This document shows, piece by piece, positions 29,289 to 37,604 of a stretch of 43,485 nucleotides of DNA. The notes below the pieces were generated by a model that worked only from the letters and a program-made list of their open reading frames with translations, made no database searches and had not been told where the DNA came from. Position 1 is the first letter of the stretch. Every line of letters starts with the position of its first letter. A program made the position numbers and the translations under genes. The DNA is from Alphaproteobacteria bacterium (lineage in GTDB: Bacteria > Pseudomonadota > Alphaproteobacteria > JAQWUY01). The stretch is from positions 1-43,485 of the forward strand of contig JBMZFW010000002.1 of assembly GCA_049615605.1 (NCBI GenBank), given 5' to 3'.

Positions 29289-29359
29289 AATTATTTTAAT
29301 TGATAATTATCTGCAAAAGGGAACGCTTAATTACTTATCGTAGTCTTCGCGTTCCCTTT
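29289..29359 (+). repeat. half palindromic element P5: conserved left arm plus its own 11-bp hairpin, immediately after the nhaD stop
   Basis: AATTATTTTAATTGATAATTATCTGC (29289-29314) matches the P2 arm at 23/26 positions. The stem is AAAGGGAACGC (29316-29326) / GCGTTCCCTTT (29349-29359), followed by a T-rich run. It plausibly acts as the nhaD terminator. Confidence 0.8.
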
Positions 29360-29506
29360 ATTTATTTAGGGGCTGTGCCCCGCTCATTCCATTCGCTCCC
29401 CCACGCTTCGCTTTCGCTACGCGACTTCGCCTTGCTCGTTTGTCAAAACAACATATGTTGTTTTGCGGGTTTGTTTTAAAATAGTATTGGATTTATTTTA
29501 CAGATT
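29356..29506 (+). repeat. GC-rich element A, copy 1 (151-bp long form)
   Basis: It is identical to 29523-29673 except for 2 mismatches. It contains the hairpin GGGGCTGTGCCCC and a perfect 22-bp palindrome CAAAACAACATATGTTGTTTTG at 29444-29465. Confidence 0.95.
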
Positions 29507-29522
29507 ATAAAGTCTGGGTTGG

Positions 29523-29673
29523 CTTTATTTATTTAGGGGCTGTGCCCCGCTCATTCCATTCGCTCCCCCACGCTTCGCTTTCGCTACGCGACTTCGCCTT
29601 GCTCGTTTGTCAAAACAACATATGTTGTTTTGCGGGTTTATTTTAAAATAGTATTAGATTTATTTTACAGATT
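29523..29673 (+). repeat. GC-rich element A, copy 2 (151-bp long form), overlapping the last 14 nt of glmM
   Basis: The palindrome lies at 29611-29632. The final TTATTTTACAGATT of the repeat is the complement of the glmM codons (E)SVK plus the stop. Confidence 0.95.
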
Positions 29674-30997
29674 CAACAACTGCCACAATGTCATTTACAC
29701 ATTGTTCAACCAGTTCCAAGTTTTGACCTTCTGCCATTACACGGATAATTGGTTCTGTTCCGCTTTTACGGATTAATGTTCTTCCCGTGCCTGACAATTT
29801 ATCGTCCGCATCTTTAATGGCTTTTACAACCGCATCATTATCAAGGACTGAAAAATCATTCACACGCACATTTTTTAATATTTGTGGATATGGTTCAAAA
29901 GCATTACAAAGTGTTGATGCCTTTACATTGTTTTCAAGCAATGCAGACAATACATAAATCCCCGCAACGACACCATCGCCCGTTGTGGCAAAATCACTTG
30001 TGATAATATGCCCCGATTGTTCCCCGCCAAAGTTTGCACCACTGCGACGCATTTCTTCGCCAACATATCGGTCGCCAACGGCGGTTCTTGTTAAACCAAT
30101 ACCTTTGTTTTTAAGATATTCTTCCAATCCCATATTTGACATAACCGTTGCAACAACATTGCCCTTTAATGAACCTTGTGTATTTAGGTAATCGGCAACG
30201 ATTGCAATAATCTGATCGCCGTCAATAATATTGCCCAGTTCATCAACAACAATTAATCTGTCCGCATCACCATCAAGGGCAAGACCAATGTCCGCCTTTT
30301 CAGCAACAACCAATTCGGCTAAGCTTTGCGGGGCGGTTGCACCCACACCTTCGTTAATGTTTTTACCATTTGGTTTGTCACCAATTTGGATAACCTTTGC
30401 ACCCAATTCTTCAAACACTTTCGGTGCGATTTTATAGCTAGCCCCGTTTGCCGTATCAAGGGCAATTTTTAAACCGCTTAAATCTTTACCAATTGGCAAT
30501 GCTGTTTTTACATATTCGGTGTATCTGCCTGCCACATCTTCCAATCGCATTGCACGACCAACTTTTTCCGCAGGGGCGTAAAGTTCATTAATATCCCCAT
30601 CCATAAGGCGTTCAATTTCAATTTCCACATTGTCCGATAATTTATAACCATCTGGTGCAAATATTTTAATACCATTATCGTAATATGGATTATGGCTTGC
30701 AGAAATCATTATCCCCGCATCAGCCCTTAACGATTTTGTAAGAATTGGAATGGCAGGTGTTGGTACTGGCCCAACCAGAACAACATCCATACCCGCACTG
30801 GTTAATCCCGCAACAAGCGAAGTTTCAACCATATAACCAGATAACCTTGTGTCTTTGCCAATGATAACCAATTGACGCCCCACAAGGCTTTTGAAATAAT
30901 GCCCCGCAGCGATACCAAGACGCAATGATAATTCAGGTGTCATATTACCCGAATTAACCAAACCACGAATGCCATCAGTTCCAAAATATTTTTTCAT
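29660..30997 (-). CDS. glmM: phosphoglucosamine mutase
   Basis: The canonical start is MKKYFGTDGIRG at ATG 30997. The active-site serine is in ISASHNP, followed by DGDADR. The track start at 31021 (GTG) adds 8 unsupported codons that overlap a hairpin. Confidence 0.95.
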   Translation of the reverse strand: MKKYFGTDGIRGLVNSGNMTPELSLRLGIAAGHYFKSLVGRQLVIIGKDTRLSGYMVETSLVAGLTSAGMDVVLVGPVPTPAIPILTKSLRADAGIMISASHNPYYDNGIKIFAPDGYKLSDNVEIEIERLMDGDINELYAPAEKVGRAMRLEDVAGRYTEYVKTALPIGKDLSGLKIALDTANGASYKIAPKVFEELGAKVIQIGDKPNGKNINEGVGATAPQSLAELVVAEKADIGLALDGDADRLIVVDELGNIIDGDQIIAIVADYLNTQGSLKGNVVATVMSNMGLEEYLKNKGIGLTRTAVGDRYVGEEMRRSGANFGGEQSGHIITSDFATTGDGVVAGIYVLSALLENNVKASTLCNAFEPYPQILKNVRVNDFSVLDNDAVVKAIKDADDKLSGTGRTLIRKSGTEPIIRVMAEGQNLELVEQCVNDIVAVVESVK

Positions 30998-31011
30998 AAA
31001 TATATAATAGC

Positions 31012-31037
31012 AAAAAACCACGGGGCTTTACAGCCCC
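31012..31037 (-). terminator. terminator-like hairpin GGGGCT-GTAA-AGCCCC followed by GTGGTTTTTT, ending ~15 nt before the glmM ATG
   Basis: Read on the minus strand: GCAGGGGCTGTAAAGCCCCGTGGTTTTTTGCTATTATATATTTATG. The stem is 6 bp and GC-rich, with a 4-nt gap before the U6 run, so it is only moderately canonical. Confidence 0.45.
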
Positions 31038-31073
31038 TGCATATAACTTTTTATGACAGATTATTACATTTAT

Positions 31074-31100
31074 ATTTAAGGGGATTAGCCTTGCTCGTTT
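31074..31100 (+). repeat. internally deleted remnant of element A
   Basis: ATTTAAGGGG plus an exact 13-mer GCCTTGCTCGTTT are shared with A copies 1-3. The ~60-nt core and the 22-bp palindrome are missing. Confidence 0.55.
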
Positions 31101-31101
31101 A

Positions 31102-31199
31102 TAAATAAAACAAAATCAAAATAGATTTTAGTTAGTGCAAAAAACAATTCCTAAATGAGTTTTATGCGTCTAAATAAAACAATATCAAAATAGATTTTA
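31102..31199 (+). repeat. direct repeat TAAATAAAACAA(A/T)ATCAAAATAGATTTTA at 31102-31130 and 31171-31199 (period 69), with orphan arm copies TAGATTTTAGTTAGTGCA at 31122-31139
   Basis: Read directly, 28/29 identical. The motif is the outer arm of element P3. Confidence 0.85.
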
Positions 31200-31214
31200 A
31201 AAACAATGTTGAAA

Positions 31215-31313
31215 TAGATTTTAGTTAGTGCAGAATCAAACAAGCCCGACACGATGTTTAGGTTTAACTAAATGAGTGTCGGGATTGGTTAGATAATGTG
31301 CAACTAAAATCTA
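31215..31313 (-). repeat. palindromic element P3 (99 bp) whose terminal CTA is the ftsH TAG stop codon
   Basis: The arms are 31215-31252 (TAGATTTTAGTTAGTGCAGAATCAAACAAGCCCGACAC) and 31276-31313 (reverse complement TAGATTTTAGTTGCACATTATCTAACCAATCCCGACAC). The inner stem is CCCGACAC/GTGTCGGG with a 23-nt loop. Confidence 0.85.
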
Positions 31314-33206
31314 TTTCTTTTTAGTAGAAGGAACTGACTTTGTAGCTTTTTTAGCAGTCTTCTCTTCATACTTTTCCGCTGTTTCGCGTTTAAGTTTTTT
31401 GCCTTTGATTACCGTATTGATTTCATCACCGCTTAGTGTTTCATATTCAATCAATGCTTTGGCAAGTAAGTGTAATTGTTTAATGTTCTTCTTTAAAATT
31501 GCACGGCAAGTTTTTGTTGCTTCGTCAACGATTGCTTTGATTTCCGCATCAATTAATTTTGAAGTTTCTTCACTTACATTGGCACGACCCGTTTGGTTTG
31601 AACCGCGTAGGAATGATTGTTCTTCGCTTTCAACCAAGCGTAATGTACCAACCTTGCTTGAATAACCCCATTCAAGAACCATCTTTGATGCCATATCTGT
31701 TATCATTTGGATATCGCTTGATGCACCAGTTGTAATTTTTTCTTTACCGTAAATCATTTCTTCGGCAATACGACCAGCAATACCAACAACAAGGTTTGCT
31801 TTTAATTTTTCATAAGAAATTGAAACGCTGTCCCTTTCAGGCAGACGCATTACCATACCCAACGCACGACCGCGTGGGATAATTGTTGCTTTGTGTACTG
31901 GATCAGATGCAGGTGAATGAACCGTTGCCAGTGCGTGTCCGGCTTCGTGGTATGCAGTTAATTCTTTTTCTTCATCGCTAAGGGCTAATGAACGGCGTTC
32001 TGCACCCATCATTACCTTATCTTTTGCATCTTCAAAATCTTGGTGGTGAACAACATTGTGATTACGGCGAACCGCAAGCAAAGCTGCTTCGTTAACAAGG
32101 TTTGCTAAATCCGCACCAGAAAATCCAGGTGTACCACGGGCAATAAGTTTAACATTTACATTTGCCGCCATTGGTACTTTTTTCATATGTACAGATAAAA
32201 TCTTTTCACGACCGTTAATGTCTGGGTTTGGAACAACCACTTGACGGTCAAAGCGACCTGGTCTTAATAACGCAGGGTCAAGAACATCTGGTCTGTTTGT
32301 TGCCGCCATAACAATAACGCTTTCGTTATCTTCAAAGCCATCCATTTCAACAAGCATTTGATTAAGTGTCTGTTCGCGTTCGTCATTACCACCGCCCATA
32401 CCAGTGCCACGACGACGACCAACCGCATCAAGTTCGTCAACAAAGATAATACATGGTGAATTTTTCTTTGCTTGTTCAAACATATCACGCACCCTTGCCG
32501 CACCAACACCAACAAACATTTCTACAAAGTCAGAGCCAGAGATAGAAAAGAACGGAACGCCCGCTTCACCAGCAACAGCCCTTGCCGTTAATGTTTTACC
32601 CGTACCCGGAGGTCCCACAAGTAAAACACCCCTTGGCAATTTACCGCCAAGTCTTTGATATTTTTTCGGGTCGCGTAAGAAATCAACCGTTTCTTGTAAG
32701 TCTTCTTTGGCTTCGTCAATACCCGCCACATCGTCAAATGTGACTTTTTTACTGCTTTCATTAAGTAATTTAGCACGGGATTTACCCATACCCATTGCTT
32801 TGCCAGCACCACCGCCAGAACCCATTCCACGCATAAAGAAAATCCATACAGCGATTAATAATAACATTGGGAACCAGTTTAATAACACGGCTAAGAATGT
32901 TGGCATATCGTCTTCTTTTTCAGATGCAGAAACAACAACAGATTTGCTCATAAGATTTGGAACTAAGTTCGGGTCCCTTGGGGCAACTGTTTTAAATGCC
33001 TTGCCATTTTTAAATTTACCGCGAATTGTATTGCCCGAAATTGATACTTGCGTCACATTGCCTTTGTTAACATCATTAACAAATGTGCTGTATGGAACAT
33101 TTTCCATTTTACCAGCTGTATCGTTATCAGCGCTAAAGTTATTGATTAAAAAACCAATACCAATCGCAATTAAAGCCCAAACTAAAATATTCTTATTTAT
33201 TTTCAT
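31311..33206 (-). CDS. ftsH: ATP-dependent zinc metalloprotease FtsH
   Basis: 631 aa with 2 TM segments, AAA+ Walker [12 protein letters not shown], and the zinc motif HEAGHA. Confidence 0.97.
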   Translation of the reverse strand: MKINKNILVWALIAIGIGFLINNFSADNDTAGKMENVPYSTFVNDVNKGNVTQVSISGNTIRGKFKNGKAFKTVAPRDPNLVPNLMSKSVVVSASEKEDDMPTFLAVLLNWFPMLLLIAVWIFFMRGMGSGGGAGKAMGMGKSRAKLLNESSKKVTFDDVAGIDEAKEDLQETVDFLRDPKKYQRLGGKLPRGVLLVGPPGTGKTLTARAVAGEAGVPFFSISGSDFVEMFVGVGAARVRDMFEQAKKNSPCIIFVDELDAVGRRRGTGMGGGNDEREQTLNQMLVEMDGFEDNESVIVMAATNRPDVLDPALLRPGRFDRQVVVPNPDINGREKILSVHMKKVPMAANVNVKLIARGTPGFSGADLANLVNEAALLAVRRNHNVVHHQDFEDAKDKVMMGAERRSLALSDEEKELTAYHEAGHALATVHSPASDPVHKATIIPRGRALGMVMRLPERDSVSISYEKLKANLVVGIAGRIAEEMIYGKEKITTGASSDIQMITDMASKMVLEWGYSSKVGTLRLVESEEQSFLRGSNQTGRANVSEETSKLIDAEIKAIVDEATKTCRAILKKNIKQLHLLAKALIEYETLSGDEINTVIKGKKLKRETAEKYEEKTAKKATKSVPSTKKK

Positions 33207-33262
33207 TAAGTTGTTTCCTAAAAACTAGTTTTTGAATTGTTGATAATAATATAATGATTTTT

Positions 33263-34459
33263 TTAATAAATAAAAGGGCTAGGATAAAATAAATTGTATT
33301 TATTATCAATAATCGTTGGTTTTTCGCCATTGCCCCCCACATTTACCGCAAATGACACCAATTTTTCCCCATTGTAAAGTGCGGGTATTGATAATAAAAC
33401 AGAATTTGGAATACCGATTCTATTTTCAAAGCCAATTTCATTTAATTGGCTAGTTTTTGCTAGTGGCTTTATATCAAAGTCATTATTGCTAAACCTGTTT
33501 AAATCAATCTTGCTTAATTCTGGATAAACCCACAAATTCTTTTGCAATATCTTAACATTACAACCGTTCAAGGTTGCCCCTTTAAAATCAGGTGATTTAA
33601 TTGCACCAATTAATTGTTCAAGCTTTTCAGTGCGTGGTGGTGAAAAGTCCCCATTAACCCACATTAAAATTTGTCTGATTGTATACAACAATGTTTCGTG
33701 TGTTTCATTTAACAAACCCAAATCAATCTTAACCACACCGCCTGTATGAACACAGTACTTTTGTTGAGTTGTTTTTACCACGCTTTCAATTTGTTGTCTT
33801 TTTTCAACACTGTTTTTATGTAAATCTTGTAAAGACTTTTTAAATTCCGCATCTGCTTTGATTTTGTTTCTTAATCTTACGCGCGAAAAATCTTCGTTTT
33901 CATTACTTGGATCATTTACATATTCAATATTGTTGTCATTACAATAAGTAATAATTTCATCTTTTGTATTGTGTAATAACGGGCGAATTGTAAAACCATA
34001 TTCGTTTTGTGTAATTGCGGAAATTCCCGCAAGTCCAAAAACTTGACTTCCCATTTCTTGGCGAATAGCACAAGTTTCAAGCACATCGTCATAATGATGG
34101 GCGACAACAATATAATTTACATTGTTGTGTTTGCACCAATCCCAAATAAGGTTGTATCTTAATTTGCGGGCAAAGTCTTGAATTCCCGTTTCTGGTTTTG
34201 CCATATTATTGGTAAGGATTATATTTTCAATTCCCGTATTATTTAAACGATTTGAAACCATTTCGGCTTCTTGTTTGGCATCGCTTCGCAAGTTATGGTT
34301 AACGATTAATGCAGTTAATTTAACATTGTTTGCATCCGCCCATTTTTTCGTTAAATGAGCACACGCCATACTATCGGCGCCACCACTTACAGCAACCACA
34401 ATATGTTTTGGAATTTCAGTTAAAAGTTTGCCAATTTGGTCATCAAAAGATTTTTGCAT
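33263..34459 (-). CDS. tilS: tRNA(Ile)-lysidine synthase
   Basis: 398 aa with a PP-loop VAVSGGADS and HHYDD. Confidence 0.9.
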   Translation of the reverse strand: MQKSFDDQIGKLLTEIPKHIVVAVSGGADSMACAHLTKKWADANNVKLTALIVNHNLRSDAKQEAEMVSNRLNNTGIENIILTNNMAKPETGIQDFARKLRYNLIWDWCKHNNVNYIVVAHHYDDVLETCAIRQEMGSQVFGLAGISAITQNEYGFTIRPLLHNTKDEIITYCNDNNIEYVNDPSNENEDFSRVRLRNKIKADAEFKKSLQDLHKNSVEKRQQIESVVKTTQQKYCVHTGGVVKIDLGLLNETHETLLYTIRQILMWVNGDFSPPRTEKLEQLIGAIKSPDFKGATLNGCNVKILQKNLWVYPELSKIDLNRFSNNDFDIKPLAKTSQLNEIGFENRIGIPNSVLLSIPALYNGEKLVSFAVNVGGNGEKPTIIDNKYNLFYPSPFIY

Positions 34460-34464
34460 AAACC

Positions 34465-34965
34465 TTACATTACAACGGTAACGGCACGACGGTTCTTAGA
34501 CCACGCACTTTCCGCATGTAATTCAACCACAGGGCGTTCTTTACCATAAGAAATCACTTGGATTTTATTTTTAGCAACGCCTTTTGAAACTAAATACTTT
34601 TTAACAATAGTTGCACGCTTTTCGCCAAGACCAAGGTTATATTCCCTTGTCCCGCGTTCATCGGCGTGACCTTCAACAACGATACTGTTGATATTATTTG
34701 CTTTGATAAATTCAGCTTGCTTATCAAGAATTGCTTTTGCATCAGCCGTTAATTCGTGGCTGTTTAATTTAAACAAGATTGTATCTTTTGTTTCTTGTAA
34801 GAATGCTTGCCCAATAGATGTAGCAGAATTTTCATAAAAACCACTTGCCGTTGTTGGGGCATTTAAATCAGGACCATCACCCGCCATCGGGTCAACACCA
34901 CCGCCACCACAACCGTAAAGGAATGTGCTTAAACCAACTGCTAGTAAAATATTCTTTAATTTCAT
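34465..34965 (-). CDS. pal: peptidoglycan-associated lipoprotein
   Basis: 166 aa with a lipobox LYGC and an OmpA-like C-terminal domain (EGHADERGTREYNLGLGEKRA). Confidence 0.93.
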   Translation of the reverse strand: MKLKNILLAVGLSTFLYGCGGGGVDPMAGDGPDLNAPTTASGFYENSATSIGQAFLQETKDTILFKLNSHELTADAKAILDKQAEFIKANNINSIVVEGHADERGTREYNLGLGEKRATIVKKYLVSKGVAKNKIQVISYGKERPVVELHAESAWSKNRRAVTVVM

Positions 34966-35035
34966 TGTATGTCCCCTTGAATGCTTATTTATTTAAAATA
35001 AACCATATCAGCAATTAAAACAATATTATTTTAAA

Positions 35036-36355
35036 TTACCTTTTATTAAGGCTAGACCAATTTGGATCAGAAGCCCCGTGTGGCGTCTTTACTTCACGCA
35101 GGTTATAACCCGTTATATCAATGCTCATCAACTTTGTTTTAAGGCTTGATATATCATTGCGTGAAAACACAATTGAACGACCATTTGGTGCAAATGACGG
35201 ACCTTCTTCAAGGAAGCTGTTTGATATTAATCGTTCCCCCGTGCCATCAATATTCATTACACCAATATAAAATTTTCCTTGTTGTTGTTTTGTATACGCA
35301 ATTAAATCCCCCCTTGGCGACCAAACAGGCGTTGTATAAACACCGCCACCTGGTGAGATTTTCTTAACAACACCACTGTTTAAATTAAGGGTGTGAATTT
35401 GTGCCGAACCAGTACGATCAGATGTAAATACAATTGATTCACCATCCGGTGCGTATGCAGGGGAAGTATCAATGTGTTTGTTCTTTGTAATTTGTCTGAA
35501 CCTGCCTGTTTCAACATTCATTTCCCAAATATTTGAATTACCCTTTTCCGCATAGGCAAATATCATTTTCGAACCGTCTGGTGAAAAGTTTGGGGCATAG
35601 GTCATATTCCTAAATTTACCAAGGAATTGAATCTTGCCCGTTTTAATATCGTGCAAGAATACCGCAGGTACACCGCGTTTGTATGACATATATGCAATCT
35701 TTTTCTTATCTGGTGAAAACCTTGGTGTAAGGGCAATGTATTTACCATTTGTAATGTATTTAATGTTTGCACCATCTTGGTCCATAATTGCAATTCGTTT
35801 AATACGACGACCGTCTTTTTTAGATTCAGATACAAATAAAATTCGGCTGTCAAAATAACCCGTTTCACCAGTTATTCGTGTGTATATATCATCAGATATT
35901 AAATGTGAAAGGCGACGCCAAGACGGATATGAAATCATATACTTTTTAGCCAAGATTTGTTTTTGTCTTGTCACATCCCAAATATACATTTCAATTTTGT
36001 ATTTGTTATTGATATTAATAACTTTACCAGTGATTAAGATTTCCGTATTAATTGGGCGCCAACTAGAAAAATCTGGACGGAAACGCATATCAAATGGTTT
36101 TTGCATAAATGCGTTTTTATCAATTGCTTCAAACAAGCCACTGTTTTTTAAATTGTTGGTAATTACCGCATTAATATTGGCAATCATTTTCTTTTCTTTA
36201 CTTGATGAATCTTCCATATAAAAATTAGAAATGGCGATATTGGTTTTCTTAACCTCACCCTCAGTGATACTGATTTCAAGAGTTTCTGCAAATGATATAT
36301 TAATGCTTGTTAGCAATAGAAATAGTGATAAAAATATTTTCTTCATAATTGCCAT
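35036..36355 (-). CDS. tolB: Tol-Pal system beta-propeller protein TolB
   Basis: 439 aa with a signal peptide, a TolB N-domain and repeated PxFSPDG blades. The start could alternatively be ATG 36346 (MKKIFL). Confidence 0.93.
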   Translation of the reverse strand: MAIMKKIFLSLFLLLTSINISFAETLEISITEGEVKKTNIAISNFYMEDSSSKEKKMIANINAVITNNLKNSGLFEAIDKNAFMQKPFDMRFRPDFSSWRPINTEILITGKVININNKYKIEMYIWDVTRQKQILAKKYMISYPSWRRLSHLISDDIYTRITGETGYFDSRILFVSESKKDGRRIKRIAIMDQDGANIKYITNGKYIALTPRFSPDKKKIAYMSYKRGVPAVFLHDIKTGKIQFLGKFRNMTYAPNFSPDGSKMIFAYAEKGNSNIWEMNVETGRFRQITKNKHIDTSPAYAPDGESIVFTSDRTGSAQIHTLNLNSGVVKKISPGGGVYTTPVWSPRGDLIAYTKQQQGKFYIGVMNIDGTGERLISNSFLEEGPSFAPNGRSIVFSRNDISSLKTKLMSIDITGYNLREVKTPHGASDPNWSSLNKR

Positions 36356-36356
36356 T

Positions 36357-37172
36357 TTAGTTTAACATTTGTTTAGGGTCAAATGTTATTATGATATTTT
36401 TCCACTGTTTATATTTGCTTTTCGGTAATTTTAACGGATTGCAACCATCGCTAAGGATTGCCCTTAATGCGCTTTCCGACATTACACGCATAAACTGATT
36501 TGATGTGGAAATAGAAGTGCTGTAAATTTCCGCATTAATAATTTTACCGTTTGGTTTTAATGCCACCTTAACCTTTGTCACAAGGTTTTCCGCATTTTGA
36601 ATTCCCGCTGGTACCTTCCAACATTGTTTGATTTGATTGCGAAGTTCAATTAAATCATCTTTGGTAAGTTTACCGTCCAAGTTTGAATTAGTCTTTGATA
36701 CATTCGGGCTTTTCTTAACATCGTTAATAACTTTTTTAGATTTATCTTTTTTCTTAACCGTTGTTTTTTTAGTATCGTTTTCGCTAATAACTTTTTTCTT
36801 TGGCTTTAAGTCTTTTAAAACCTTTTTGCTTTTTATTTCTTTTTTTGCCTTAGTCTTTGATTTTTGTTTAGCTTTTAAAACAGGCTTTTTAATTTTTTTC
36901 TTAACCTGTTTTTTCTTTTGTGGTTTTGGTTTCTTTTTAACCACTTTCTTTTTAACTTTTTTGGGTTCTTTTTTCTTTTTTTGTGCTGGCTTTTTCTTTT
37001 GTTTTTTTACTTTGGTTTTTTTTGCCTTTGCCCCCTTATCAACCGCAAGGGCAACATCCATAACCACCCTTGGTGGAACTTCAACCGTTTTTGGAAATAT
37101 GAAATTAATGCCAACAAACATTAACATTAATAAAAGATGGGCAGATAATGATATCAATAAAGATTTTTTCAT
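36357..37172 (-). CDS. tolA: TolA-like cell envelope integrity protein
   Basis: 271 aa with an N-terminal TM anchor, a very long Lys-rich linker and a TonB/TolA-type C-terminal domain. It lies between tolR and tolB. Confidence 0.85.
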   Translation of the reverse strand: MKKSLLISLSAHLLLMLMFVGINFIFPKTVEVPPRVVMDVALAVDKGAKAKKTKVKKQKKKPAQKKKKEPKKVKKKVVKKKPKPQKKKQVKKKIKKPVLKAKQKSKTKAKKEIKSKKVLKDLKPKKKVISENDTKKTTVKKKDKSKKVINDVKKSPNVSKTNSNLDGKLTKDDLIELRNQIKQCWKVPAGIQNAENLVTKVKVALKPNGKIINAEIYSTSISTSNQFMRVMSESALRAILSDGCNPLKLPKSKYKQWKNIIITFDPKQMLN

Positions 37173-37176
37173 AATC

Positions 37177-37596
37177 TTAGTTTTTCTGTTTTGTTATTAA
37201 GGATACCTTTTTAAAACCGATTAATGATAAATCAGCCATAACATCCATAATATCGCCATAGGCAACATTATTATCACCACGAATGAAAATTGTAACCTTT
37301 GGGTTTACTTTAAATATTGCTTTCATTCGTCCAAGTAATTGTTTTTTATTTACCTTTGTATTTTGTAAATAAATTTTACCAGTTTTGTTAACCGTAATTG
37401 TAATTGGTTCTTTTTGTGTGGTAATTGCATTTGCATTTTTGTTTGGTAAATCAACTGGTACACCCACAGTCATCATTGGGGCAACAACCATAAATACAAT
37501 TAAAAGCACCAACATAACATCAACCATTGGGGTAATGTTAATATCTGAATTTTGGCGACGACGCCTTTTACTTTTACCTGTAAGATTTGCACCCAT
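37177..37596 (-). CDS. tolR: TolR (ExbD/TolR family)
   Basis: 139 aa with INITPMVDVMLVLLIVFMV. Confidence 0.92.
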   Translation of the reverse strand: MGANLTGKSKRRRRQNSDINITPMVDVMLVLLIVFMVVAPMMTVGVPVDLPNKNANAITTQKEPITITVNKTGKIYLQNTKVNKKQLLGRMKAIFKVNPKVTIFIRGDNNVAYGDIMDVMADLSLIGFKKVSLITKQKN

Positions 37597-37604
37597 AAGT
37601 AATC

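Noticed and set aside
29300-29479. Possible small ORF through element A (59 aa from TTG 29300; 45 aa from TTG 40963 in copy 3), ending ...DFALLVCQNNICCFAG(L)F*
   Set aside because: It has no ATG and no RBS, and the upstream portions are unrelated between copies. Differences between copies are not biased toward synonymous changes, and frame preservation simply reflects equal length. It is more likely non-coding.
29356-29673. CRISPR-like appearance of the repeated units (also 9767-9956)
   Set aside because: There are only two copies, the units are 84-151 bp long rather than 24-48 bp, there is no spacer/repeat alternation and there are no cas genes.
30998-31021. 8-codon N-terminal extension of glmM from GTG 31021 (similar unsupported extensions: hemA 2685-2696, thiO 25029-25109, nrdA 24719-24727, ybgC 38730-38762)
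   Set aside because: The canonical family N-termini begin at the internal ATGs (MKKYFGTDGIRG, MDYNKFF and so on). Some extensions overlap hairpins or lack an RBS.
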